From an uncultured Verrucomicrobiae bacterium (GTDB taxonomy: Bacteria; Verrucomicrobiota; Verrucomicrobiia; Chthoniobacterales; UBA10450): a DNA stretch of 64,000 nucleotides. This document shows, piece by piece, positions 9,930 through 20,600 of this stretch. The notes under the pieces were generated by a model, which saw nothing but the letters and a program-made list of their open reading frames with translations, was not told where the DNA came from and did no database searches. The number at the start of each line of letters is the position of its first letter. Within the stretch, counting starts at the first letter, position 1. The position numbers and the translations under genes were made by a program. The DNA is taken from positions 96,001-160,000 of the forward strand of contig CAVTMK010000003.1 of the NCBI GenBank assembly GCA_963735805.1, read 5' to 3'.

Positions 9930-10862
9930 ATGCAGACGTCAAATGCGTTGGATCCGCAGTCGCCGCTGGCGCGTGCAATCTATGATTTAGGGATTGTTTC
10001 GAGCGTTGTCTTCGCTCTGATTTTTGCCCTTGTAACCGGCGCGATCATCTACGCAATTTTTCGCTTTCGCGCGCGCGCGGGTGAACCCGATCCGGAGCAA
10101 ATCCCCGGCAGCAAAAAGGTGGAAATTGCGTGGACAATCATTCCTTTCCTGATCGTCATCTTCCTTTTGGTAATGACACTCAGCGCGATGAATCGGGCTG
10201 ATCCGCCGCCCGCGCCTTCACCCGATTTGGTGGTGACCGGACATCAATTCTGGTGGCAGATTGATTACCCGAACTCCGGCGTAATTACAGCAAACGAAAT
10301 TCATATTCCCACCGGCAAACCGTTGTCAGTGCGGCTGGAGTCAAAGGATGTTTTGCACGAGTTCTGGGTACCGGAGTTGACTCGCAAGATGACCAATGTG
10401 CCGGGCCAACCTAACCACATCTGGATACAAGCCGACAGACCGGGCACTTACATCGGCCAGTGCTCGGAATTTTGCGGGGCGCAACATGCCTGGATGCGCA
10501 TCCTCGTTGTTGCCGAAGAGCCCGCGAAGTTCGAAGAATGGCAACGTGCTCAGTTACAAGCGGGCCAGGCACCGACAACTGATGCTACAGCAAAAGGACT
10601 GGCGCTCTTCCAGACGTCGACGTGCATCAACTGTCATGCTATCCGCGGAGTAGCTGGTGCGGATTTGCGGGTCGCGCCGGACCTCACGCACGTTGGAAGT
10701 CGCAGACAATTAGCTGCCGGTGTTATTGAGAATACGCCAGCGAACATGCGGCTTTGGCTCAAAAGCCCTCAGCACATCAAGCCGGGGTCGCTGATGCCGG
10801 ACTTTAACTTCACGGACGAACAGGTCGATCAACTATCGGCATATCTGTCGACGCTACAGTGA
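9930..10862 (+). CDS. coxB: Cytochrome c oxidase subunit II with fused cytochrome c (caa3 type)
   Basis: EIAWTIIP, GHQFWW, CuA ligands DVLH and CSEFCGAQHAWM, heme c motif CINCH with distal MP. Confidence 0.95.
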   Translation: MQTSNALDPQSPLARAIYDLGIVSSVVFALIFALVTGAIIYAIFRFRARAGEPDPEQIPGSKKVEIAWTIIPFLIVIFLLVMTLSAMNRADPPPAPSPDLVVTGHQFWWQIDYPNSGVITANEIHIPTGKPLSVRLESKDVLHEFWVPELTRKMTNVPGQPNHIWIQADRPGTYIGQCSEFCGAQHAWMRILVVAEEPAKFEEWQRAQLQAGQAPTTDATAKGLALFQTSTCINCHAIRGVAGADLRVAPDLTHVGSRRQLAAGVIENTPANMRLWLKSPQHIKPGSLMPDFNFTDEQVDQLSAYLSTLQ

Positions 10863-13093
10863 ACGGCACCACTACAATCGCAGAGTTCCGAGAGGCAGTC
10901 CTGGATCCGGCCAAGCGCGCACACTACCGACTCGCGTGGCTTTCCACCGTTGATCACAAGCGCATCGCCGTTCTCTACATGTTGACCGCTCTGGTCTTCT
11001 TTGTAATCGGCGGAGTCGAAGCGCTTTTCATCCGCCTGCAGTTGGCAGTTCCTAACAACCATTTTCTCCAGCCCGACACGTTCAACCAATTATTCACCAT
11101 GCACGGCACGACGATGATCTTTCTCGTCGTGATGCCGGTGTTATTTGGTCTGGTCAATTACGTTCTGCCGTTGCAGATCGGCGCGCGCGACATGGCTTTC
11201 CCGCGTCTCAACGCCTTTGGTTTCTGGTGTGTGCCGTTTGGCGGAATTCTTTTGCACTTTAGCGTGCTAGCAGGCGGCGCTCCCGCGGTCGGCTGGTTTT
11301 CCTATGCCCCTTTGAGCGAGACGCCCTACTCCTCATCGCCCGGGGTCGACTATTGGGCAGTCGCTATCTTCGTCCTGGGTATCGGCTCAATCAGCTTCGC
11401 CATCAACACCATCGCCACAGTTATTTCGCTGCGCGGCCCAGGAATGACGATGCGTCGCCTTCCGCTCTTTACCTGGATCAATTTCGTTAACGCGTTCATC
11501 ATTATTTTCGCTCTGCCAGTCTTAAACGCCGCGCTCGCCATGATCCTGATCGATCGCCTGCTACAAGGGCATTTCTTCCTGCCCTTTCGTGGAGGGTCAC
11601 CCGTTCTGTGGCAACATATCTTTTGGGCGTTCGGTCACCCAGAAGTTTATATCCTGGCTCTTCCAGCATTCGCAATCGTTTCCGAAATCATTCCGGTTTT
11701 TTCGCGGAAACCGATTTTCGGCTACGAATTTGTTGCTGCCTCAAGTGTAGCCATAGCCGTCCTAAGTCTGGGCGTTTGGGGACATCACATGTTCACCGTC
11801 GGGATGGGGCGCCCACTTGATGTGTTCTTCGCCATTTCCTCGATGCTCATTGCAATTCCAACTGGCGTAAAAGTGCTGAACTGGACCGCAACAATGCTAG
11901 GCGGGCGAATCCGTTTCGATGTACCGATGCTATGTTGTATCGCATTTCTGATCCAATTCCTTGTCGCGGGCCTCACCGGAATCAGTCATGCCGTCGTGCC
12001 ACTCGATTGGCAGACTAAAAACAGCTATTTCCTCGTCGCGCATTTCCATTTTGTTGCGGTGGGCGCCATCGTTTTCGCCGTCCTCGGCGCCATCCAATAT
12101 TGGTTCCCAAAGATGACCGGCCGCATGATGTCAGAGTCGCTAGGCCGTTGGACCTTCTGGCTAATGGTCATCGGCTTTAACATGACCTTCGTCATCCAAC
12201 ATTTTCTGGGTCTCCTGGGTATGCCACGCCGTGTCTATACCTATCCCGATCTTCCAAACTGGGGTTGGATGAATATGCTCTCGACCGCCGGCGTTTTCTT
12301 CATGAGCGCAGCCGCGCTGATCCTGGTTTGGAACTTAGCGAGTTCGTTTTTCCGCGGTAAAGTAGCTGGCGATAACCCATGGCACGCATGGACTCTCGAA
12401 TGGGCGACCACCTCGCCGCCACTGCATGAAAACTTTGTCGCGCTCCCGCCGATCCGTAGCCGACGCCCGCTATGGGATTTGGCTAATCCCGACCGGCCTG
12501 ACCCGATTGTGGGCGAGAATAACGCTGCGGTAATTCTTCCCGATCACAACGAGATTGGGACCCTAAGCTTCATCCTTTCCGAAACAGGATTCTTCGGGAC
12601 GCTTATTCTTGCCTATTTGTATTTCTACGCTCGGCCCGAGGCCGGTCCCGGACCGAAGGAACTGGATGTTCCGCGGACCCTGGTGTTCAGCGTTTGTCTT
12701 TTCGTGAGTAGTTTCACTTTCTGGCGATCCGAGGTCGCCCTGACGAAACAGCGTCGCGGTTCCATGCTTGGCTGGCTCGCCCTGACGATCCTGCTCGGCG
12801 GTGTCTTCCTGGTCGGCCAGGGAACGGAGTATTGGAAGCTGTTTCAGACCGGCGTCGATCTCAGTACCAATATGTTTTCAACCACGTTCTTCACCCTCAC
12901 TGGCTTCCACGGTTTGCACGTGCTTCTTGGTTTGATGGCGCTGCTGATTTTTCTCTGGCTGGCGTGGCAGCGTGATTTCGACTCTGACCGCCGTGAATCG
13001 GCCTTCAAGTCAGTCGGCTACTACTGGCACTTTGTCGATGTGGTCTGGGTCTTTGTTCTACTCACTGTTTACATCCTTCCACTTCTTCGATGA
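10859..13093 (+). CDS. ctaD: Cytochrome c oxidase subunit I fused to a subunit III-like domain (A1 type)
   Basis: TMHG, GHPEVY, WGHHM, VAHFH, D-channel ARDMAFPRLN, K-channel PTGVK. C-terminal TGFHGLHV and YWHFVDVVW are subunit III motifs. Confidence 0.95.
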   Translation: MNGTTTIAEFREAVLDPAKRAHYRLAWLSTVDHKRIAVLYMLTALVFFVIGGVEALFIRLQLAVPNNHFLQPDTFNQLFTMHGTTMIFLVVMPVLFGLVNYVLPLQIGARDMAFPRLNAFGFWCVPFGGILLHFSVLAGGAPAVGWFSYAPLSETPYSSSPGVDYWAVAIFVLGIGSISFAINTIATVISLRGPGMTMRRLPLFTWINFVNAFIIIFALPVLNAALAMILIDRLLQGHFFLPFRGGSPVLWQHIFWAFGHPEVYILALPAFAIVSEIIPVFSRKPIFGYEFVAASSVAIAVLSLGVWGHHMFTVGMGRPLDVFFAISSMLIAIPTGVKVLNWTATMLGGRIRFDVPMLCCIAFLIQFLVAGLTGISHAVVPLDWQTKNSYFLVAHFHFVAVGAIVFAVLGAIQYWFPKMTGRMMSESLGRWTFWLMVIGFNMTFVIQHFLGLLGMPRRVYTYPDLPNWGWMNMLSTAGVFFMSAAALILVWNLASSFFRGKVAGDNPWHAWTLEWATTSPPLHENFVALPPIRSRRPLWDLANPDRPDPIVGENNAAVILPDHNEIGTLSFILSETGFFGTLILAYLYFYARPEAGPGPKELDVPRTLVFSVCLFVSSFTFWRSEVALTKQRRGSMLGWLALTILLGGVFLVGQGTEYWKLFQTGVDLSTNMFSTTFFTLTGFHGLHVLLGLMALLIFLWLAWQRDFDSDRRESAFKSVGYYWHFVDVVWVFVLLTVYILPLLR

Positions 13094-13860
13094 CTACCTA
13101 CCAATTCTTCACTACCGCCTGGACGTGGAATTCTGTTGTTCTTGTCCTTAGCGCGTTTGCCTTCAGTGGCTACTCTCTTGCCTTCGGACAACGAGGCCGG
13201 CCACTCTATTTCGTGGTTGCAATTGTTTTATTTCTTCTGGCCTTCATCTCACCGTTTAGCGCGCTGGCTAACGGTTACCTTTTCAGCGCGCACATGCTTC
13301 AACACATCCTGCTCGTGCTGATCGTTCCCGCGCTCTTGTTGCTAAGTCTCCCTCGGTCGTTCTCGCCTCGTCCTCCCTTTACCTATCTTAGTCATCCACT
13401 GGTCGGATGGGTTGCTGGAGTTGGTGCGATGTGGCTGTGGCACGCGCCCACACTTTGCAATGCGGCGGCTACGTCGAGGACTGTCTCGGCGATCCAGACT
13501 ACTTCGCTTCTAATAATGGGAAGCGTATTTTGGTGGCAGGTGCTGGCGCCGCGGGAAGAGCAACGGCTTTCACCGCCCGCGGGGATCGTTTACCTGTTTA
13601 CTGCATGCACTGCTTGCAGCGTCCTCGGCATTATCCTGACCTTTGCGCCAGTTTCGATTTGTCCGGTTTATCAACACCCGGTCGATCGATTGGGAATCCT
13701 CAGCACGATCCGCGGCAGTTGGGGCCTAACGAGTGACAGAGATCAGCAGATCGGCGGACTGCTCATGTGGGTTCCCATGTGCGCGATTTATGCAACTGCA
13801 ATTCTCGCCCAGCTCGTTCGCTGGCATTCATCACCACAGCCGGAACAATCAAATGCCTAA
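13090..13860 (+). CDS. ctaG: Caa3-CtaG cytochrome oxidase assembly factor
   Basis: FSAHMLQH, WLWHAP, DQQIGGLLMW. Confidence 0.88.
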   Translation: MTTYQFFTTAWTWNSVVLVLSAFAFSGYSLAFGQRGRPLYFVVAIVLFLLAFISPFSALANGYLFSAHMLQHILLVLIVPALLLLSLPRSFSPRPPFTYLSHPLVGWVAGVGAMWLWHAPTLCNAAATSRTVSAIQTTSLLIMGSVFWWQVLAPREEQRLSPPAGIVYLFTACTACSVLGIILTFAPVSICPVYQHPVDRLGILSTIRGSWGLTSDRDQQIGGLLMWVPMCAIYATAILAQLVRWHSSPQPEQSNA

Positions 13861-14092
13861 CGAACGATTACCGACACAACATTCAGACGTGGTGCCGCCA
13901 GGGTGGCAGATGTTACCGGATGTACCATTGCCTCGTCCAACCTACTTCCCAGCCGGGCTAGCCATGGGAGTCGCCTTTCTTTTTTGGGGATTAATCAGCA
14001 CCTGGGTCGTTTTGCTGGTTGGTGTTGCCCTCTTCATCGCAGCGCTTGCCGGTTGGATCACCGAAATTCGCCATGGATACAAAGCTCACTGA
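13853..14092 (+). CDS. Small two-TM protein, putative oxidase subunit IV-like
   Basis: 79 aa from ATG 13853, LPRPTYFP followed by two TM helices. Overlaps both neighbours in the operon. Confidence 0.7.
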   Translation: MPNERLPTQHSDVVPPGWQMLPDVPLPRPTYFPAGLAMGVAFLFWGLISTWVVLLVGVALFIAALAGWITEIRHGYKAH

Positions 14093-14612
14093 ATCGTCGT
14101 CTGCGCCGCCAAGTGAAACTCCTGAGGAGATTAGCCGTCGGCAATTTTTTGAAAAACTCTCCATCGCCTTGGTCGGACTCTGCACCGCGATTGTTGGAGT
14201 GCCCTTAGTCGGCTTCATCGTCGCGCCATTTTTTCGGAAGGTGCCGGAGAAATGGGTGACGCTGGGCAAGCCAGATGATTTCCAGATCGGCAAGACTGTC
14301 GCCGTAACGGTGACCGATCCTTCGTCGCTCCCCTGGGCCGGCGTCACAGCAAAGAGCGGCGTCTGGCTGCGACGCGTAAGTGAAGATAGCTTCATCGCCT
14401 TCTCAGCCAACTGCACGCATCTCGGGTGTCCGGTGCGCTGGCTGGAGGGCGCGGACCTTTTCATGTGTCCGTGTCATGGTGGTGTCTATTACAGTGACGG
14501 CAACGTTGCGGCCGGTCCGCCGCCGAAGCCGCTTTTCCGCTATGACGTGCGGGTTGCAAGCGGCGAGGTGCAAATGAAACAAGCGATCGTGCCGATTTCC
14601 AACACGCTGTGA
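14073..14612 (+). CDS. qcrA: Rieske Fe-S subunit of a cytochrome bc complex
   Basis: Tat motif SRRQFF plus TM anchor; CTHLGC and CPCHGGVY; GPPPKPL. Confidence 0.93.
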   Translation: MDTKLTESSSAPPSETPEEISRRQFFEKLSIALVGLCTAIVGVPLVGFIVAPFFRKVPEKWVTLGKPDDFQIGKTVAVTVTDPSSLPWAGVTAKSGVWLRRVSEDSFIAFSANCTHLGCPVRWLEGADLFMCPCHGGVYYSDGNVAAGPPPKPLFRYDVRVASGEVQMKQAIVPISNTL

Positions 14613-16063
14613 TCAAGTTATTCCAAATAGTCTGGAACTGGCTCGACGATCGGCTCGGGATCAGCGTCCTGCTCTCGCCGATGAAGCATATCGCGCCGCA
14701 GGATTCGAAATGGTGGTACGTATTTGGCAGCGCCACACTCGTTGCGTTTGTCGTTCAGGTCGCAAGCGGCGTCGCGCTGGCGTTCTCCTACATTTCTTCG
14801 TCGTCGCAGGCTTACGAGACACTTCTATTCATAACTAACAATGCCCCGTTTGGCCGCTTCCTGCGCGGACTTCATTACTATGGTGCGTCCGCGATGGTGT
14901 TGATGATCGGGGCTCATATGGCGCAGACGTTTTTGTTTGGCGCCTACAAATTTCCGCGAGAGATGACGTGGACCACTGGAATCTGCCTTTTGGGCTTCAC
15001 CCTGGCGATGGGATTTACCGGGCAGCTACTCCGGTGGGATTCGACCGCAGCCTGGTCTGTTGTCGTCGCGGCGGAGCAGGCAGGGCGCATTCCGATTATT
15101 GGCGACTGGGTTGCCCGTTTCATCCTTGGCGGCAATACCATCGGCGGCGCGACGCTCAGTCGGTTCTTCGCCATTCATGTTTTCGTTCTGCCTGGAATCA
15201 TGTTTGCATTTATCGGGTTACATTTGTGGCTCGTTCTTCGCCACGGGATTTCGGAGCCGCCGGTTGCAGGCAAACCAGTGGACCCGGCAACGTACCGCGC
15301 GGAATACGAAGAACTACTCAAGAGGAGTGGCAAGCCATTTTGGCCGGACCTGGCATGGCGAGATGTGATTGTCGTCACGGGTCTGATCATCGCGATCGCT
15401 ATCGCCGCATTCTTCATCGGACCTCCGGCGTTGGATAGGCCGCCGGACCCGAGCATACTGGCAGCCGATCCACGACCGGATTGGTATCTAATTTGGTACT
15501 TCGCGCTGCTCGCACTCATTCCGCCCAAGATCGAAGGCTACGTCATGATCGGATTCCCAATCCTGATCGCGCTACTCCTGTTATTTGTTCCTATTTGGAA
15601 TCACAAAGGCGAGCGCGCTGCCTCCCGACGCCCCTGGGCGATTGCGGTCGTCTGTCTCTCGGTGATCATGATTGGTGGGCTTTGGTGGGAAGGACAGCAG
15701 TCGCCCTGGTCGCCTAATTTCGACGCTCAGCCGCTCAGCGAGAGAGTGGTAGGAGCTACAAGCGGTCCGGTCTTCAAAGGTGGCCAATTGTTTCACCACA
15801 AAGGATGCCTGAACTGCCATCTCATTCAGGGTTTCGGGGGTCGGCGCGGACCCGACCTAACCTACATCGCAGACACCCTGACGCGCGATAATTTGATCAT
15901 CCGCATCGTCAATGGCGGCACCAACATGCCGGCCTTTGGTTCCTCCCTTAAGCCGGGCGAGCTCGATGACCTGGTTGCATTCCTGGAGACACGCAAACGC
16001 TCGCTTCGTCCGCAAGATCAGGCGAACGACGCCGATTCATCTGCCATCTCCGCAGCTAAATGA
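14609..16063 (+). CDS. qcrB: Cytochrome b (unsplit) with fused C-terminal cytochrome c
   Basis: Heme b His pairs LHYYGAS...AH and IHVF...LH, Qo motif PDWY, C-terminal CLNCH...MP. Confidence 0.93.
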   Translation: MIKLFQIVWNWLDDRLGISVLLSPMKHIAPQDSKWWYVFGSATLVAFVVQVASGVALAFSYISSSSQAYETLLFITNNAPFGRFLRGLHYYGASAMVLMIGAHMAQTFLFGAYKFPREMTWTTGICLLGFTLAMGFTGQLLRWDSTAAWSVVVAAEQAGRIPIIGDWVARFILGGNTIGGATLSRFFAIHVFVLPGIMFAFIGLHLWLVLRHGISEPPVAGKPVDPATYRAEYEELLKRSGKPFWPDLAWRDVIVVTGLIIAIAIAAFFIGPPALDRPPDPSILAADPRPDWYLIWYFALLALIPPKIEGYVMIGFPILIALLLLFVPIWNHKGERAASRRPWAIAVVCLSVIMIGGLWWEGQQSPWSPNFDAQPLSERVVGATSGPVFKGGQLFHHKGCLNCHLIQGFGGRRGPDLTYIADTLTRDNLIIRIVNGGTNMPAFGSSLKPGELDDLVAFLETRKRSLRPQDQANDADSSAISAAK

Positions 16064-16159
16064 AAGCGCACACCCAAAAGAATTCGTAGCGTCTAACAAA
16101 AAAATAGCTTTATGCCAGCACAAATCACTCGAGCAACTCTTCCAGTTTTGCGGATTGAT

Positions 16160-16407
16160 GGTCTGGTCTTCCGAGTCTTTTGCCGTTAGCGATACACCTC
16201 CGTTTCCGTCACGTCTGACAAAACGATGCGCTCTGGCGCGCTCGGCGCCGGCACAGCGCTGCTCGTCTCACTCGTCGTTTTCTTTGCGTGGCTTGCGAAA
16301 GCCGGAGTCATGGTGAATTTCTGTTCGGAAACCGTTATGGTCGGGGTTTAGATGCGGTGTAGCACTGCCAGCTTGAAGCTTTCCGTGGCAATCACGACGA
16401 ATTCGTG
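16160..16407 (+). pseudogene. Decayed fragment of a SulP permease paralog
   Basis: Frame from 16160 reads GLVFRVFCR*RYTSVSVTS..GAGTALLVSLVVFFAWLAKAGVMVNFCSETVMVGV*. This matches AAGTALLVSLIAFIAWLAKAGVMVHFISESVMTG encoded at window bases 1-102. Confidence 0.8.
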
Positions 16408-16485
16408 TTGGATGAAAATATCAGGAGCGTCGATTTTCGAGTTGCTTGCATCTACACTCGACACTTCAGTTTGCGATCAACGATA

Positions 16486-17655
16486 ATGAAATTGATGAAA
16501 CGGCTTTATGTTTTTGCCGCGCTCCTGATCCTGATCTCAGTTTTTTGCAGCTGTTCGCGCAAGGCAGCGCAGACCGATCCGGCTCTTCCGGAGGTGTTGG
16601 TGACAACTGTCACCCCGCAGGATGTGCCACGTATACTGGAACGCGTAGCCACACTGGATGGCTTCATCAACGCCAACATCAATGCGCAAGTACAAGGCTA
16701 CATCGTTTCGCGCGATTACACCGAAGGCAGCATCGTAAAAATCGGCGACCCCCTTTTCCAGATCGATCCGCGCCCGTTTGAAGCCGCATTGGCGCAGGCC
16801 AAGGGAACGCTCGCAAAAGACAAAGCTAACCAGGTAAAAGCAGACGCAGACGAAAAACGCGCGATGGACTTGTTCAACAAACAAGTGATCAGCGACCAGG
16901 AGCGTGATACTGCCATCGCCGCGGCCCAGGCCGGCAGAGCAAACATCGAAGCCGATGAAGCGGCAGTGCAACAGGCGCAGCTCAATCTTGGATATACAAA
17001 GATCCTCGCGCCGATAGAAGGTGTGTCAGGGTTTGCTAACGCACAGGTCGGCGATCTCGTTAGCCCAACCAGCGGACCGCTCACCACGGTTTCACAAATC
17101 GATCCGATCAAAGCCATCGTCACCGTCGGCGAAGGCCCCTTCACAGATTTCATTTCACGACATCCTGATCCAAAGGAGCGCGACGCGTATATCAAAAGCC
17201 TTCAGTTCACGTTGATTCTCGGCAACGGCGAGGTTTATCCTCAGAAAGGCAAGTTTTATGCCCTCGATCGCAGTCTGGATCCGAGAACTGGATCGATCCG
17301 CTACGAAGTGACGTTTCCAAACGCGGGAGACACTTTGCGGCCCGGACAATTCGGTAAGGTGCGTTTCGTCGCGGACATGAAAAAAGGCGCGATGGTCATT
17401 CCGCAGGAAGCTGTCACAGAGTTGCAAGGCAGTTATCAAATCGCCGTTGTCGGCGACGACAACAAAGTCAGTATCCGTCCAGTACAAATGGGCGAACGCA
17501 TTGGTACGATGTGGGAAGTGACCCAGGGCCTGAAACCCGGCGATAAAGTCGTCGTTCAAGGAGTGCAAAAAGTCCACGAAGGCTCGGCGGTTACCGCGAA
17601 AGAGTGGTCGCGTCCGGCCGATGCTTTGATTTCGAAATCTGTTCAGGCAAAGTAG
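16486..17655 (+). CDS. RND efflux periplasmic adaptor (MFP), probable lipoprotein
   Basis: Lipobox-like FCSC; INAQVQGYI, LFQIDPRPF, LGYTKILAPIEG, LRPGQF. Confidence 0.93.
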   Translation: MKLMKRLYVFAALLILISVFCSCSRKAAQTDPALPEVLVTTVTPQDVPRILERVATLDGFINANINAQVQGYIVSRDYTEGSIVKIGDPLFQIDPRPFEAALAQAKGTLAKDKANQVKADADEKRAMDLFNKQVISDQERDTAIAAAQAGRANIEADEAAVQQAQLNLGYTKILAPIEGVSGFANAQVGDLVSPTSGPLTTVSQIDPIKAIVTVGEGPFTDFISRHPDPKERDAYIKSLQFTLILGNGEVYPQKGKFYALDRSLDPRTGSIRYEVTFPNAGDTLRPGQFGKVRFVADMKKGAMVIPQEAVTELQGSYQIAVVGDDNKVSIRPVQMGERIGTMWEVTQGLKPGDKVVVQGVQKVHEGSAVTAKEWSRPADALISKSVQAK

Positions 17656-17664
17656 CGCTAACTA

Positions 17665-20600
17665 ATGTCGGAGTTTTTCGTCAGGCGGCCTATTGTCGCG
17701 ATCGTCATTGCGATTTTGATGACGCTCATCGGTGGCGTCTGCATTCTCGCGTTGCCGATCGCGCAGTATCCGCAAATCGCGCCACCGGAAATTCAGGTGC
17801 AAACACACTACACCGGCGCGGATGCGCTGACGATTGAGCAATCGGTCGCGGCGCCCATCGAGCAGCAAATGAGTGGCGTCGACAACATGAATTACATGTA
17901 CTCGATCAATGCCAACAGCGGCGACATTCGACTGATCGTCGACTTCGATGTCGCGACGGATCCAAACATCGATCAAGTCCTGACACAGCTCCGAGTGTCT
18001 CAAGCGCAATCGCAATTGCCCGCCGATGTTATCAACTACGGCATCACCGTTAAAAAATCGACAACCGCGCCACTGATGCTGATCTCGCTCTATTCTCCCA
18101 AATCCAGCTATGACAATATTTTTCTCGCCAACTACGCTTACATCAATCTCGTCGATCAACTGACTCGCGTCCCAGGTATTGGAAATGTGCAGGTTTTCGG
18201 GGCGGGACAGTATGCGATGCGTTTGTGGGTGAAGCCCGATCAGCTCGCGAAGCTTGGGATCACTGTGCCGGACATCATTAGCGCAGTGCAAAAGCAGAAC
18301 ACGGTGAATCCCGCCGGCCAGATCGGCGGTGAGCCGATTCCGAGCGGACAGATGTTTACATATACCGTGCGCGCACAGGGCCGGTTGCAAACACCAGAAG
18401 AGTTTGGCCAGATAGTCGTTCGGGCAAACCCGGACGGCTCGTTTGTGCGCGTGAAGGACATCGCGCGGATTGATCTGGGCGCGCAAACTTACAACTTGAG
18501 AGGCCGGCTCAACGGACAACCCGCGGCGATTATCGCTCTGTATCAACTGCCCGGAACCAACGCCGTTAAGGCCGCCGAAGGCGTACGCAAGTTAATGGCG
18601 GAAGCAAAGCAACGGTTTCCCGGCGATATGGATTACGCCGTCTCGCTCGACCAGACGCTCTCCGTCACCGAAGGTATTCGCGAAATTCTGAAGACGTTGT
18701 TCGAAGCGCTCGCGCTCGTCGTGCTCGTCGTATTCATCTTCCTCCAGACCTGGCGCGCGACGCTGATTCCGCTCTGTGCGGTGCCAGTGTCGTTGATTGG
18801 AACGTTTGTGTTGTTTCCCTTATTCGGATTTTCGATTAACACGCTTTCGCTTTTCGGACTTGTGCTTGCCATTGGGCTTGTCGTGGACGACGCGATTGTC
18901 GTTGTCGAAGCAGTTGAGCGTCACATCGAAGAAGGAATGTCCCCGCGGGACGCGACACTTCAGGCGATGCGTGACGTCTCAGGGGTGGTAATCGGCGTCG
19001 CACTCGTACTTTCGGCTGTGTTCATCCCCACCGCATTTCTTCCGGGTATCACCGGCAGGTTGTACCAACAGTTCGCGCTCACGATCGCTATCTCCGTCAT
19101 TTTTTCCGCGTTCAACGCGCTCTCGCTGAGCCCGGCGCTTGCAGCCATGCTGCTCCGTCCTCGAAAGAAAACGCGTGGCCCGGTTGGCTGGTTTTTCGAT
19201 CGATTCAATCGTGTCTTTGCCAGCGCGAATCGCGGCTACGTGAGTTTGTCGCGGGTTGCGATTCGAAAAGCCGTGCTCAGTTTCGCTTTGCTCGCCGTTG
19301 TTGCGGTCGGCGCGGGCCTTTTTGGATCCCGATTACCAAGCAGCTTTCTACCCGAGGAAGATCAGGGCTACATTTTCCTTGCGCTACAGTTGCCCGATGC
19401 TGCGTCGCTCGAACGAACCGACCAGGTGTGTCACAAGATCGAAGACTTTTTGAGCAAGACACCCGGTGTGCAATACACCACCAGCGTGATTGGGTTCAGT
19501 CTCCTGAGTCTGGTGCAAAATACCTACAGCGCGTTTTTCTTCGTCACGTTTAAACCATGGAGCGAACGCACCAAGCCGGAAGAACAGTACGCAGCAATCA
19601 AAGCACGATTAAATCAATACCTGGCCAGTCTTAGTGAGGGTATCGCCTTTGCGTTTCCGCCGCCGGCGATCCCCGGCGTTGGCACGTCTGGTGGGTTCAC
19701 GTTTATGCTCGAAGATCGCGCGGGCAAAGATGTCGGATTCCTAGCACAAAACCTGAAGACATTTTTAGATGCAGCACGCAAACGGCCCGAACTCGGCACG
19801 CTGATTCCAACCTTTTTGCCGAACGTTCCGCAGGTATTCGTCAACGTCGATCGCGACAAAGTCGTCAAGCAAGGGATCGATCTCGGCCAGGTCTATCAGA
19901 CCCTCCAGACGTTCATGGGCGGTTTTTTTGTGAACTACTTCAATCGGTTCGGGCGAACATGGCAGGTTTACATCGAAGCCGAGGGCGATTACCGCGACAA
20001 TGCGAACAATGTAGGCCAGTTTTATGTTCGCAATTCGAATGGCGATTCCGTACCGCTCGACGCCATTTCAACTATCCAGAACATCGCCGGGCCGGAATTC
20101 ACGTTGCGTTACAACGAATACCGCGCGGCTCAGATCAACGGTTCCGCCGCGCCTGGTTATAGCTCGTACCAGGCGATGAACGCACTCGAGGAAACTTTTC
20201 GCCAGACCATGCCGCGCGAGATGGGCTACGATTATCTTGGCCTGTCGTTTCAGGAAAAGAAAGCGCAGCAAGGCGTATCCCCGACTGTCGTGTTCGGAGT
20301 TTCGCTCATTTTCGTGTTCCTGATCCTCGCTGCACTTTATGAGAGCTGGTCGTTGCCCTTCAGTGTGCTGCTCGGAACACCGGTCGCAGTGTTCGGCGCG
20401 TTTGCCACGCTCTGGCTGCGCGGAATCCAAAATAATATTTTTGCGCAAATTGGTCTAATCATGCTAATCGGCCTGGCAGCCAAGAACGCGATCCTTATCG
20501 TCGAATTTGCCAAGGATGAATATGAAAAAGGCAAACCGCTGCTCGATGCTGCGCTCGAAGGCGCGCGCCTTCGCCTTCGCCCGATCCTGATGACTTCCTT

